A DNA stretch of 64,000 bases. Source: Candidatus Poribacteria bacterium (GTDB lineage: Bacteria > Poribacteria > WGA-4E > WGA-3G). The translations under genes and the position numbers were made by a program. Shown in pieces: positions 47,339 through 56,734 of this stretch. Location: NCBI GenBank assembly GCA_964291315.2, contig OZ219750.1, positions 96,001 to 160,000 on the forward strand. Reading direction: 5' to 3'. Each line of letters begins with the position of its first letter. Within the stretch, counting starts at the first letter, position 1. The notes below the pieces were generated by a model, which did no database searches, had not been told where the DNA came from, and worked only from the letters and a program-made list of their open reading frames with translations.

Positions 47339-48511
47339 ATGCCTATTTTTTTATTTGGGATAGATACTAGAGACATCGGCATCGCCGACCGGATCGGTTG
47401 GGTGTGGCACTCTGGTGCTTATCAGAGCATTTTTATTGTTGCTTGCGGGTTCGTCGTGTGGTGGCTTCTTCGATATGCTTCTCAACAGGAGTATTGGCGA
47501 AATGCTGCGAGGCAGATTCGCAAGAATCGGGTTGGTGTTGTTTGCCTTTTTATTATATTAGGCTACCTCCTGATCGGTGTTTTGGATAGTATTCGCTGGC
47601 GGGATCCGTTGTTTAATCAAGCCGGCACACTCTCCCGCAACGAAGATGATCGGATTGTTTACAGGCCGAGGGCGCTCAGTCTGCTTGATCGGCTTTGTAC
47701 GCCGTTGCGGGAGCGGACAGAGAAGACTTATTCTGCCCCCTTAGCGAGGCATCTATATGCTAAGAGTACCGTCCAGACAGCAGAGGGACGCACAGTTCGA
47801 GAGTACCCGCTGCTAGCCTATCCGCGTGCTCATCTTTTAGGCACAGACAAAGTCGGTAGCGATGTCTTCTATCTCGCTTTAAAAGGCATTCGGACGGGGC
47901 TCATCATCGGTGGCTTTACAACTTTGATTGCTGTGCCCTTTGCCATATTTTTCGGTGTTGTTGCGGGTTACTTCGGTGGCTGGATAGATGATATGGTTCA
48001 GTATATTTACGCTACGCTTGATTCTATCCCGTTTATTCTTCTAGTGGTTGCTTTCATGCTTCTTTTTGGGCAGGGGCTATTCAATCTCTGTCTCATTATG
48101 GGGATCAGCAGTTGGACGAGTTTGTGTCGTATCTTGCGGGGTGAGACCTTAAAACTTCGGGAATTAGAGTATGTGCAAGGTGCTGAGGCCTTCGGTGTGC
48201 ATCGTGGTTTCATCATTCTCAGGCATCTGGTTCCGAACCTGATGCATATTGTGCTAATTACCTCTATCTTACGGTTTAGCAATTTCGTGCTGGCGGAGGC
48301 GGTGTTGAGCTATCTGCAGATAGGTGTTGATCCGACGATGGGGAGTTGGGGTAACATGATTAACACGGCGCGTTTGGAATTGGCGCGTGATCCGATTGTC
48401 TGGTGGAATCTTGCGGCGGCGTTTATCTTCATGTTTGGGCTGGTGCTGCCGGTGAATTTGTTTGGGGATGCTGTCCGTGATGCCTTGGATCCGCGATTGA
48501 GGACAGAGTAA
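47339..48511 (+). CDS. Peptide/nickel ABC transporter permease (OppC/DppC family)
   Basis: HLLGTDKVG.DV, EYVQGAEAFG (EAA loop), AEAVLSYL, NLFGDAVRDALDPR. Confidence 0.88.
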   Translation: MPIFLFGIDTRDIGIADRIGWVWHSGAYQSIFIVACGFVVWWLLRYASQQEYWRNAARQIRKNRVGVVCLFIILGYLLIGVLDSIRWRDPLFNQAGTLSRNEDDRIVYRPRALSLLDRLCTPLRERTEKTYSAPLARHLYAKSTVQTAEGRTVREYPLLAYPRAHLLGTDKVGSDVFYLALKGIRTGLIIGGFTTLIAVPFAIFFGVVAGYFGGWIDDMVQYIYATLDSIPFILLVVAFMLLFGQGLFNLCLIMGISSWTSLCRILRGETLKLRELEYVQGAEAFGVHRGFIILRHLVPNLMHIVLITSILRFSNFVLAEAVLSYLQIGVDPTMGSWGNMINTARLELARDPIVWWNLAAAFIFMFGLVLPVNLFGDAVRDALDPRLRTE

Positions 48512-48589
48512 ACGGTATTTTGCTGGGTCAAGACGGAACAACGGGCATTGCTACCCGTTGTTGGTGATTCTGGTCGTGTTTCGGTGAGG

Positions 48590-49051
48590 CTATTCTTTCT
48601 CGTATTCTTTGAGAAACCCTCTGAACTCTCTACGGTGTTTTTCCTCATCGGCGAGGAGTTTGATGCAGAGGTCTTGCGTGACGTAATCTATGCTATCACA
48701 GAGACGGATGATTTTATTGTATTGTTCAATTGCAGCGTCTTCGGCTTCGATGACTCCGTGAATTGCGCTTACAACATCCGTTGAGTCTTCTGGGGGTTGC
48801 AGGGATGCTTGTTCGGGTTTAAAGGCGAATGACCCGGGGACCCGTCCGTCGATTTCCTTGATACGTGCAGCGAGTTCTTGTGCGTGTGTGATTTCTGTCT
48901 GTATATCTGCCGCCAAGGATTTTTTAATTTCTTCGGCGCGGATGCCGTCTAAGTCAACGGAAATCGCCAAGTAATTAAGGGTTGCTTCCAATTCTAACCA
49001 ATAAGCGCGCGTCAGTTCTTTGATGATCGCGCCTCTTTTTTCTTCTGTCAT
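48590..49051 (-). CDS. Ferritin-like (bacterioferritin/Dps-like) di-iron protein
   Basis: LELEA..NY, EITHA, EAE..AI..Y, D.VTQDL...LADEEKH; start moved to ATG 49051. Confidence 0.85.
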   Translation of the reverse strand: MTEEKRGAIIKELTRAYWLELEATLNYLAISVDLDGIRAEEIKKSLAADIQTEITHAQELAARIKEIDGRVPGSFAFKPEQASLQPPEDSTDVVSAIHGVIEAEDAAIEQYNKIIRLCDSIDYVTQDLCIKLLADEEKHRREFRGFLKEYEKE

Positions 49052-49170
49052 TTTTTCTCTCCTATCACGAGTGATGACGTTTTGATTAATGAAACTATTA
49101 ATTGCCACTGTTAGTTTAACATAAGTTAAGACAGATTTCAATCTTTTTTTCAGCAACACGGATAAAATTT

Positions 49171-49938
49171 CTAAGCATTCAGGCTCGGCATCACCCATGG
49201 ATAGCCTTTTGGATGTGGGAACACCTCGAATGGGATCCCGTAGGTTTCTGATAGGAGGTCAAGGGTCAGCACAACCTCAGGCGGACCACAAGCTACCGTT
49301 TTGCCGTTTTTCAATAATAGCAATTGGTTAGCGTACATAGATGCTAGGTTCAGGTCGTGGATTGCTGTGATAACTGTTTCTCCACGCTCACACAAGGTCT
49401 TGCACAAGTTGAGTATCTGGATCTGGTGCTTTGGGTCTAGATGATTGGTAGGTTCGTCTAGTAAAAATAGTCGTGGGGCTTGTGTGAGGATTCGGGCAAA
49501 GTCAACGCGACTCGCTTCTCCGCCGGAGAGTGTTGGATAGAGTCGTTTCTCAAATATATCAGATTCTACTTGTTGTAGTGCGTTTCTGGCCATTGAGACA
49601 TCGCTCGCGGTCTCTTTTGTGCTGTTGATGTAGGGGTGTCGTCCAAATAGGGCGACCTCTAGACCGGTAAAAGGGAAGTTTATGTCTCGTTTTTGCTGGA
49701 GGTAGGCTCGAAGACGCGCCAATTCCTTTGGTTCGTAAGTCGCGAGGGGCTTATTGAAAAGACGTATGTCGCCGATCGTTGGTGAAAGTTCCCCAGAGAT
49801 CAGTCGTAGGAGCGTCGATTTTCCTGCCCCATTGGGGCCCACAAACCCCCATAAAGCACCTTTTTCAATTGTAAGACTGATGTCCCGGATTAACCACTGT
49901 CCCCCGATACGGTAACTAACCTGTTCCAATTCAATCAT
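49171..49938 (-). CDS. hmuV: Heme ABC transporter ATP-binding protein
   Basis: GPNGAGKSTLL..ISGEL, YPTLSGGE, LDEPTNHLD, HDLNLASMYA. Confidence 0.88.
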   Translation of the reverse strand: MIELEQVSYRIGGQWLIRDISLTIEKGALWGFVGPNGAGKSTLLRLISGELSPTIGDIRLFNKPLATYEPKELARLRAYLQQKRDINFPFTGLEVALFGRHPYINSTKETASDVSMARNALQQVESDIFEKRLYPTLSGGEASRVDFARILTQAPRLFLLDEPTNHLDPKHQIQILNLCKTLCERGETVITAIHDLNLASMYANQLLLLKNGKTVACGPPEVVLTLDLLSETYGIPFEVFPHPKGYPWVMPSLNA

Positions 49939-49950
49939 TGTTTGTGTTTC

Positions 49951-50946
49951 CTATAGAAAGACCTCGCGTTTGAATTTGAGTAGGAGCCAGAGGAAAAAGG
50001 GGCCGCCAATCAGGGCAGTGACGATACCGACGGGCAACTCGGCGGGTGTCACGATGGTTCGTGAAAACAGATCTGCCGAGACAAGCAATATAGCGCCGCC
50101 TATTGCTGAGCCGGGGAGGACGTATCGATGGTCTGCTCCTCCTAAGAGTCTCAGGAGATGTGGTACAACTAGCCCGACGAAACCTATGCCGCCTGCGGCT
50201 GAAACTGCTGTGCCTACCGTGAGCGCCACGCCAAAAACTGACCATCGCTTCAAAGTTTCCGTTGAGATACCGAGATGATATGCTTCGGATTCCCCGAGGC
50301 TCATTGCATTGAGTGCTGCTGCTTGCCGTGACAACACCAATAACCCTATTACTGCAATTGGCAGCGCGATAAAAACTACTGGCCACGTTGCGCTGCCGAA
50401 GCCGCCGAGTAACCAAAAGGTTAGGCTCCGCAGCTGCTCATCATCAGCAAGGAAGGTCATCAAACCGATGCCTGCTCCGGCGAAGCTGTTGAGGGCAATG
50501 CCTGCAAGTAATAACGTTAGCGTTCGGACTTTACCATCTTCCTCGGCAATTTTCCATACGCAGATGGTCACGATCATTCCGGAGAGGAAAGCTGCGATAG
50601 GAAGTCCCCAGACTCCTAATGCCCCGCCACCGATCAGGACAATCCAGAGCGTTGCTCCTAATCCTGCGCCGGCAGTTACACCGATTAATCCCGGATCTGC
50701 CAGCGGGTTGCGAAAAATTCCTTGCAGCGTTGCCCCGGATATTGCTAACATCGCGCCAACGACAGCGGATAAAACGACACGCGGGAACCTTACATGCACT
50801 AAGACTGCGAAACCGGCCTCCCTGAAAAATAGAATCTCCGGGATACGCCACGGTAGAATTGGATAGGCCCCTATTCCCGCGGCCCCGCACATGCATATCG
50901 GGAGCAAGAAGATGAGGATGAACAGAATTTTTGTTCGTTTCTGCAT
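49951..50946 (-). CDS. hmuU: Heme ABC transporter permease (FecCD family)
   Basis: RFPRV, QGIFRNPLADP, LRSLTFWLLG, IGFVGLVVPH, PAELPVG. Confidence 0.88.
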   Translation of the reverse strand: MQKRTKILFILIFLLPICMCGAAGIGAYPILPWRIPEILFFREAGFAVLVHVRFPRVVLSAVVGAMLAISGATLQGIFRNPLADPGLIGVTAGAGLGATLWIVLIGGGALGVWGLPIAAFLSGMIVTICVWKIAEEDGKVRTLTLLLAGIALNSFAGAGIGLMTFLADDEQLRSLTFWLLGGFGSATWPVVFIALPIAVIGLLVLSRQAAALNAMSLGESEAYHLGISTETLKRWSVFGVALTVGTAVSAAGGIGFVGLVVPHLLRLLGGADHRYVLPGSAIGGAILLVSADLFSRTIVTPAELPVGIVTALIGGPFFLWLLLKFKREVFL

Positions 50947-50974
50947 GTTTTCTAAAAGATAAGATAGCGGCTCC

Positions 50975-51928
50975 CTAATCGCTTTCTACTGCAAAATGTC
51001 CTTCCGTTTCGTAAATACCTTTGAACAAATCGAGCGCAGCGCGCCCACAACGCGGTCCAAATCCAGACAAATATTGCCCATCTAACGTCACAATGCGCCT
51101 GTTTTGTCCTGCGGGTGTATGCGCTAGGCCTGGAAGTTTGAGTAATCCGTCAACGCCCCCGATGGATGTTAGCCCTGAAGTAAACAGGACATACACATCA
51201 GGTTGTGCAGCAATCACGGCTTCTGCTGTCATCGGTTTATTACCCTTGATATTTCCTGCTGCATTTTCAACCCCGACAATATCAAACATTGCCCCTGGTG
51301 CGGTATCTATGCCTAATACAAGTGTGGTTTGTGTGCCTCGCAGATAGAGGCAAAGCGCTCTTTGTTTGGGCTGTCCTTTTCGAGCTGCCAGTTTAGTTTC
51401 CAATTTTTTTATATCCGCGTCTAAGGTCTCTGTTAGCTCTTCAGCTTTTTTCTTTCGTCCGACTGCCTTGCCGATAGTTCTCAGCCGTTGCTTGGCTCCC
51501 TCGAAGCTACGCGGCTCGGTAAGCAGTAAAACGGTTACGCCTGCCATACGGAGTTGTTGAACGACTTGCGGGGGCCTCACATCGTTACGTCCAATCACGA
51601 GTGTAGGGTTCAAAGAGAGGATCCCTTCGGCGTTGAGTCCGTATTGATACCCGATGCTTGGGAGTTTCTCCTTCACGCCTTTCGGGTATGTCGATGAGGC
51701 ATCACAGCCAACTACGTTGTCACCAGCCCCTAACGCAAACAAAATTTCAGTTGTACTGCCGTTGAGACTTACAATCCGTTCTGAGGATGTGATGACGACG
51801 ACATTGTCTTCTGCGTCTGTTACTTCAATTAGATCTGCTGCAGCAAAGTGAGATATAATGCCGAACAGTGTGAAAATAGAGACGTTTAATACAAATGCCT
51901 TGAGCAGGTCCGATCGGAAAATTCGCAT
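50975..51928 (-). CDS. hmuT: Heme ABC transporter substrate-binding protein
   Basis: RIVSL.GS.TEI.FALG, IGY..LNAEGILSL.P (Tyr ligand region), GFGPR. Confidence 0.85.
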   Translation of the reverse strand: MRIFRSDLLKAFVLNVSIFTLFGIISHFAAADLIEVTDAEDNVVVITSSERIVSLNGSTTEILFALGAGDNVVGCDASSTYPKGVKEKLPSIGYQYGLNAEGILSLNPTLVIGRNDVRPPQVVQQLRMAGVTVLLLTEPRSFEGAKQRLRTIGKAVGRKKKAEELTETLDADIKKLETKLAARKGQPKQRALCLYLRGTQTTLVLGIDTAPGAMFDIVGVENAAGNIKGNKPMTAEAVIAAQPDVYVLFTSGLTSIGGVDGLLKLPGLAHTPAGQNRRIVTLDGQYLSGFGPRCGRAALDLFKGIYETEGHFAVESD

Positions 51929-52056
51929 TATTTCCTCCATATAAAAATTGGTTGCGGACATGGAACCCGTTTAAGTTTTGGGAGTTTATGATGCACGGTA
52001 TTCCATGTCCAATATTTCATGAAAACGGAGTCAGTTGTTCAGCACCAATGAGGACG

Positions 52057-52746
52057 TTAGAAATTGTGACTTCCATCTGGTTGATAGACGTATTCAAACG
52101 TTACAAAACCGCTATCCTCTTTATTTTTATTGTCTTTGTAATATCCAATAAATCGGAGTTTGGCGAATGTTCCAGCTGCAGTTTTCACGACAAACACTCG
52201 GTCTTCCAACGGGAGGACCCAGTGGGTCGGAGGACCCGTGTAAATGTACCATCCTTTTTCGCTTTGTTGGACGATCGCGAGCGTGTCCTCTGTATCGGCG
52301 CGGTATCCCTCTGCTGGTGCCACGGTTACCGCCTCGAAAGTTGTTTCAGTAAGCATAACGACACTGCCCATTCCGGGTCCACTGATACCGCCATTAAGCT
52401 TGACTTGCGTCCGTTGGAATCCGATGTCCCACGCTTCTGAATTTGCGGCATCTTCGATGTCCACGATGTCACCGGACGCAAAAGAGAAGTAGGCGTAGGT
52501 ATCTCCGTTAGTTGCGTCGATTGTAAACGTTTTTGCTTCTAATTCGATAGATTCATCTGCCGGAAGTTGTTCACCTGTTTCAATAATTGTGGATATTGTT
52601 GGCTCGGGGGGCTCTTCTGCCTGAAGTAACGGGGTAGCATTTTCATCACCCCCGGGATCACAGCTGCTTAAAAGGATGCCAGTGCTCAATATTAGCATCA
52701 GAAAGGCAATGACATATGGATTGATAAGCTCTCTAATTCTTTTCAT
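52057..52746 (-). CDS. hmuY: HmuY-family heme-binding lipoprotein
   Basis: Lipobox LLSSC; IDAT...YFSF..G, WDIGFQR, NGG.SGPG, GWY.Y, VFVVKT..G.FAKL...YY...SG..TFEY. Confidence 0.85.
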   Translation of the reverse strand: MKRIRELINPYVIAFLMLILSTGILLSSCDPGGDENATPLLQAEEPPEPTISTIIETGEQLPADESIELEAKTFTIDATNGDTYAYFSFASGDIVDIEDAANSEAWDIGFQRTQVKLNGGISGPGMGSVVMLTETTFEAVTVAPAEGYRADTEDTLAIVQQSEKGWYIYTGPPTHWVLPLEDRVFVVKTAAGTFAKLRFIGYYKDNKNKEDSGFVTFEYVYQPDGSHNF

Positions 52747-52942
52747 GAGAATCCTCCTATGAGTGGGTGCGAGTATCTACATTTGCTTTGGACTGCATTA
52801 AAACAGTGTAGGGAAGTTGGGCTATCAAAACCCAATTGAGATCTAGGTGGCTCCCCTACATGCCTTGTTAAACTTTTACAAGCGAATTCATCTTCTTTAA
52901 GTCAAGCTCTTCGGTTACGGGCTCTTCAGTCTTCTGCAAGAC

Positions 52943-53098
52943 CTATAACGCTTCAACAAAGACTCCTGCAACTTGATGAAAATCGAAAACATCCATAGTA
53001 ATATCCAAGGTGCGATATTTCAAATGGATATGGCCGTCGAGACACTGGTAGATGGCACATACTTCGTTTTTTGATAAAAATTCTGCTTTGTAACTCAT
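52943..53098 (-). CDS. Unannotated small Cys/His protein (51 aa; frame stays open to 52868 past TAG)
   Basis: AGGAG SD then ATG 53098: MSYKAEFLSKNEVCAIYQCLDGHIHLKYRTLDITMDVFDFHQVAGVFVEAL*. Confidence 0.6.
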   Translation of the reverse strand: MSYKAEFLSKNEVCAIYQCLDGHIHLKYRTLDITMDVFDFHQVAGVFVEAL

Positions 53099-53133
53099 TT
53101 CTAAACTCCTTAGAGCGTTGTAGAACGTGCCTA

Positions 53134-53811
53134 TTATTTTGACTTAATCGCCGCCCACGTTGTTGATAGTTTCCGTTGAGCATCAACATTTGTGGGGACA
53201 GGTTCAATAAAAGAACGGGTACCATCGTCTTGTAGAACGTATTCTATAGTGATGTTTCCCGAACCTTCTTTGGTTTCGTTGTTTTCGTAATAACCGATGA
53301 AACGGATCTTCACGTAGTAATACGGTTTTTCAGTCTGTGCGTTTGTGTCAGATGCAATTCGCAACACATAAACTTTCGGGTTTGGCAAAATCCAGTGATT
53401 CGGAGGCCCGGTATAGGTATACCAACTGTCGTCGCGCGCGAAGGTGGCGATCTGATCGGTGTCTGAAACGTACTCCCCCTCGGGGGCCTCGGTGACATCT
53501 TCAAAAGCGATCTCCTTCAAAGCCAATGCCCTGGTTTCTCCGGGCCCGCTGACTCCGCCGTTGACGATGACCTCGGTGCGTTTGAAACCGAGGTCCCACG
53601 CCGTTGAGGTTGCCCGATCGGCTATATCAACAGTTTCTGCTTTAGCGAGGTTGATGTAAGTCCAGTTCTCACTATCGGTCGCATCAATCGTGAGTCTGTT
53701 TTCATGAATCTCAGCCGACGCTTTAAGAACAGCGATACTGACGGTGAAAACCAAAAGTAAAGTTGTGTAAAGTTGCATATTGCAAGCCTTGCCAAAAATG
53801 AAGCGTGTCAT
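53134..53811 (-). CDS. hmuY: HmuY-family protein, non-lipidated, with C-terminal TTW tail
   Basis: Sec signal (ASA-E); IDAT, WDLGFKR, NGGVSGPG, WYTYTGPPNHW; ends NVDAQRKLSTTWAAIKSK. Confidence 0.83.
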   Translation of the reverse strand: MTRFIFGKACNMQLYTTLLLVFTVSIAVLKASAEIHENRLTIDATDSENWTYINLAKAETVDIADRATSTAWDLGFKRTEVIVNGGVSGPGETRALALKEIAFEDVTEAPEGEYVSDTDQIATFARDDSWYTYTGPPNHWILPNPKVYVLRIASDTNAQTEKPYYYVKIRFIGYYENNETKEGSGNITIEYVLQDDGTRSFIEPVPTNVDAQRKLSTTWAAIKSK

Positions 53812-53832
53812 GTTTCTGTATCCTTTCTTGTA

Positions 53833-55839
53833 TTAGTAGCTTAAAGAGAGGCCACCATAAAATGATCGGCCTGTGAACGTATAAAATGTGGGAATTTTGA
53901 AGTCGAAAATATTATTGCACCCCATCGAGGCGTTAAACATTTTGAAGAGCGTCTTTGAAACGCGGATGTTCCATATCCAATAGCTGGGAGCGAATTCTTC
54001 GGGTTCGAGTATTTTGTCCCCATCATCAAAGAACCCCCAGCGGCTGGCGTATCTACCGCGCAGGTCGGCCTGAAAACCGCTCTTGGAATGGAGATATGCC
54101 AGTTTGAAAGTGGCACCGTGCGTGGAACGGTTCAGTAGTGGTAGACCGGTTTCCTTGTCTGCACCGCGGAGGTAAGCGTACCCGACGGTTGAGGTAAATC
54201 TATCCGTTGAACTAACATCTATGTTGACTTGGGTTTCAACGTCGAATCCTTGTGTGTAAGCGCTGCTGATGTTTTGATATTCAAATTTGCTGCCCCCTGC
54301 TGCGCTTTCTCCGATACGCTCCGCTTCAATCAGATTGTGGAGGTCATTACGGTAAATGTGAATGCGTCCGAGCACTGCGCTCGACACCTGATATTCTGCC
54401 CCTAGGTTCCAATTGTGTGAGGATTCGGGTTGGAGCGTTGGGTTCCCGAAGACTTGATAGCCCGAGGTCACGTTTGTGAAATAGAGATAAAGGTTTTTGA
54501 AGTCTGGTGCTCGAAATCCTTGTCCGTACGAGCCCCGGACCCGCAGGTTGTTTGTCACCCGATACAGCGAACTCAACTTTGGGCTAAAATGTGTGCCGAA
54601 TTCGGTGTGATTGTCTAAACGCCCGCCGATGACGAATGCAAGTGCAGAGACGGGTCGGAATTCGTTTTGGATAAAAAGCGAGTTAGTGAGAACATCTCGT
54701 TCGCGGCCTCTAATCCGTTGGGATTGTAGGTTTTCAAAGATAATCTCGCCCCCCAGGGTCAATTGATGTTTTTCCCAGAGCGGCATATCGAATTGAATTG
54801 TGCCCTTGGCCATGTCTTGGATGTTGAGATTACTGGAACTGATTTCCGCTGTTTCTTTGTTAGTAACAGTTGATACGTCATCATATCGGGTTGCATAGAG
54901 TTTAGCTGTCAATAAAGTTGCGGGCAGCTCCCGTGTGGATGTGCTGAATTCATGCGTTATTCCTAAGCTTCCGCTGAAGTTTTCGATATCCCCTAGGCGT
55001 TCAAAGACAACGGTGTCTCCTTCGCTGATGCCTTCCTGATCCTGTGTGAAATATTGTCCGGAAAACACAAGGTTTGTTCTTGGCGTGAGTTGATATTCAG
55101 TGCGGGCGGCCCCCGACAGGTTCGTATAGCCGTCGATCGTGGTTGTGAGATTAGAAGCATCCAGATCAATTGGGTTTCGGCGGTTGTGGCTGAATGTTAA
55201 GAGTGTATTGAATTTATCTCTCTGTAATCCAATCGTGCCCCGGCTGTCGAATGTACTATTTTGCTCAAAGCTTTGGGAGACTTGTAGCGAAAAAGGGTCG
55301 GTTGCTCTCCGGGTGATAATATTAATAACGCCGCCGAGTGCGGCATTTCCGAAGAGGGAGGCAGTGGTGCCTTTAACGATTTCTATGCGTTCGACGTTTT
55401 CAATAGGGAGTCGTGCCATATCAAGTTTGCCCGCGATGCGCCCGATCTGTGGTTCGCCATCCACAAGAATTAGCACGTATTCGGAGTCGAGGCCTTGGAG
55501 CTGCACGCCGTCGCCGTGTCCATCACGATGGATAATAATGCCTGCTGTATGTTCTAAGACCTCCCCGATGTTCTCTGCCCCTGTTGCTTCAATCTCCGAG
55601 CGCGTAATCAGGCTTGTGATAACGGGGGTATCTTTCAAGCGTTGAGGAGTTTTTGTGGCGGTTACCACGACTGGTTCTAATGCCACCGCCCCTTCAGTCT
55701 TAGTTATATCGCCATTACTCTCTGCTAGGTTCAGCAATCCAAAGGCAAGCAACAGTGACAGAAGATTTGGCAGTATCTGTAAAATCTGCTTGAAAGTGAG
55801 GTTTGCCTTGTGAGAATTGCTCGTTCTGTTTAATGACAT
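53833..55839 (-). CDS. TonB-dependent receptor (HmuR/heme-type by context)
   Basis: VVVTATKT, plug LILVDG...VERIEIVKG..ASLFG..ALGGVINIIT, GFRAP, NPTLQPE, C-terminal LSLSY. Confidence 0.9.
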   Translation of the reverse strand: MSLNRTSNSHKANLTFKQILQILPNLLSLLLAFGLLNLAESNGDITKTEGAVALEPVVVTATKTPQRLKDTPVITSLITRSEIEATGAENIGEVLEHTAGIIIHRDGHGDGVQLQGLDSEYVLILVDGEPQIGRIAGKLDMARLPIENVERIEIVKGTTASLFGNAALGGVINIITRRATDPFSLQVSQSFEQNSTFDSRGTIGLQRDKFNTLLTFSHNRRNPIDLDASNLTTTIDGYTNLSGAARTEYQLTPRTNLVFSGQYFTQDQEGISEGDTVVFERLGDIENFSGSLGITHEFSTSTRELPATLLTAKLYATRYDDVSTVTNKETAEISSSNLNIQDMAKGTIQFDMPLWEKHQLTLGGEIIFENLQSQRIRGRERDVLTNSLFIQNEFRPVSALAFVIGGRLDNHTEFGTHFSPKLSSLYRVTNNLRVRGSYGQGFRAPDFKNLYLYFTNVTSGYQVFGNPTLQPESSHNWNLGAEYQVSSAVLGRIHIYRNDLHNLIEAERIGESAAGGSKFEYQNISSAYTQGFDVETQVNIDVSSTDRFTSTVGYAYLRGADKETGLPLLNRSTHGATFKLAYLHSKSGFQADLRGRYASRWGFFDDGDKILEPEEFAPSYWIWNIRVSKTLFKMFNASMGCNNIFDFKIPTFYTFTGRSFYGGLSLSY

Positions 55840-55933
55840 AATTTTTTCCTCTTAAATGCGTTTGCTGGATTTGTGGCATGTTTGCTTGCAAATTCTCTTG
55901 ACAGAAACAGCACTGATAACGTATTCTAATTAG

Positions 55934-56105
55934 AGCAGAAAAGGCGTGGGCACGAAATGCGCAGACGCGCGCGGAAGCCTACAGGCCGCTAAACACCGTC
56001 GGTTTGTAATCGACATGCGTGGATTTTCCTTGGAAACAAGGACATCGGCTAACAATTGGGAGTTGGGAGCGTGTCCTGTTTCTCGTGGTGCCTTTTCTGC
56101 TGCTG
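55934..56105 (+). ncRNA. Candidate structured small RNA antisense-oriented within the heme operon
   Basis: TTGACA-N18-TATTCT (55898-55927); 5' AGCAGAAAAGGCGT pairs with 3' GTGCCTTTTCTGCT; internal hairpins; G-U pairs favour the + strand. Confidence 0.45.
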
Positions 56106-56112
56106 TTTTGTT

Positions 56113-56469
56113 TTAGTGTACGTTAAAGGGACCTCCGCGCGGTTCCGATTTCAAATCTGGTCTGGCGGAATCGAGAAATACTTCGTGAAGTTCAAGTTTG
56201 TTAGATTGCGTAAATGCCTCTTTGGGCAGTGTACCGGCTTGAGCGTGTCCTTTACGGAATTCCTCAGATTCTACCCAGTTTTCAAAATCTTGCCGCGATT
56301 CCCAAAGTGTGAAAACAATGTATGGATCACCGGCATTGACTGGTCGGAGCACCTGGTTTGAGATAAACCCTGGCATTCCATCGATGAGGCGTGCCCGATT
56401 TTGGAACCGTTCCTCAAATGCATCTTGGTATTCGGGCGAGACGTAGATGCGATTTGCAACAGTTATCAT
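56113..56469 (-). CDS. IsdG/HmoA-like heme-degrading monooxygenase (ABM family)
   Basis: VANRI (Asn), FEERF..R...ID.MPGF, WES..DF..W..SE.F.KGH (Trp, His). Confidence 0.85.
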   Translation of the reverse strand: MITVANRIYVSPEYQDAFEERFQNRARLIDGMPGFISNQVLRPVNAGDPYIVFTLWESRQDFENWVESEEFRKGHAQAGTLPKEAFTQSNKLELHEVFLDSARPDLKSEPRGGPFNVH

Positions 56470-56484
56470 AGTATACTCCTAATT

Positions 56485-56503
56485 GAAAATGAATTTCATT
56501 ATC
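56485..56503. promoter_or_regulatory. Fur-box-like site at the RBS of the monooxygenase gene
   Basis: GAAAATGAATTTCATTATC, 15/19 match to GATAATGATAATCATTATC. Confidence 0.7.
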
Positions 56504-56653
56504 AAAACATATGGTAAGGCGAGGTATCCTGTTCCCCGCCTAACCGTGTTGAACAGGCTATATCTTGGTAGATGTAGTGTCTGTTTTCCTCTGATAAGGT
56601 GGCTCCTTTTTAGAGCGTTATCTTTAGGAAAAGTTAGTAAATCTGAATACTTT

Positions 56654-56688
56654 CACAAATTGATAATGAGTCTCACTATCAATTTGTG
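56654..56688. promoter_or_regulatory. Fur-box-like site inside a 35-bp palindrome
   Basis: CACAAATTGATAATGAG-T-CTCACTATCAATTTGTG; core 56662-56680 matches 15/19. Confidence 0.72.
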
Positions 56689-56734
56689 TGGATGGTAATT
56701 CTGGATGCATTCACTAACACACTAACATTTATAT

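Noticed and set aside
46165-48511. XylF-like binding protein plus OppC-like permease as one novel transporter
   Set aside because: They belong to different ABC importer subfamilies and no ATPase or second permease is adjacent; more likely scattered genes with partners elsewhere.
52943-52945. Genome-wide TAG recoding
   Set aside because: Many well-conserved genes in the window (nnr, nadA, the PorV-like gene, hmuU) end correctly at TAG.
55934-56105. Cobalamin riboswitch or retron msr-msd upstream of the TonB receptor
   Set aside because: No B12-box motifs on the minus strand; the closed multi-hairpin layout recalls a retron ncRNA, but no reverse transcriptase is in the window.
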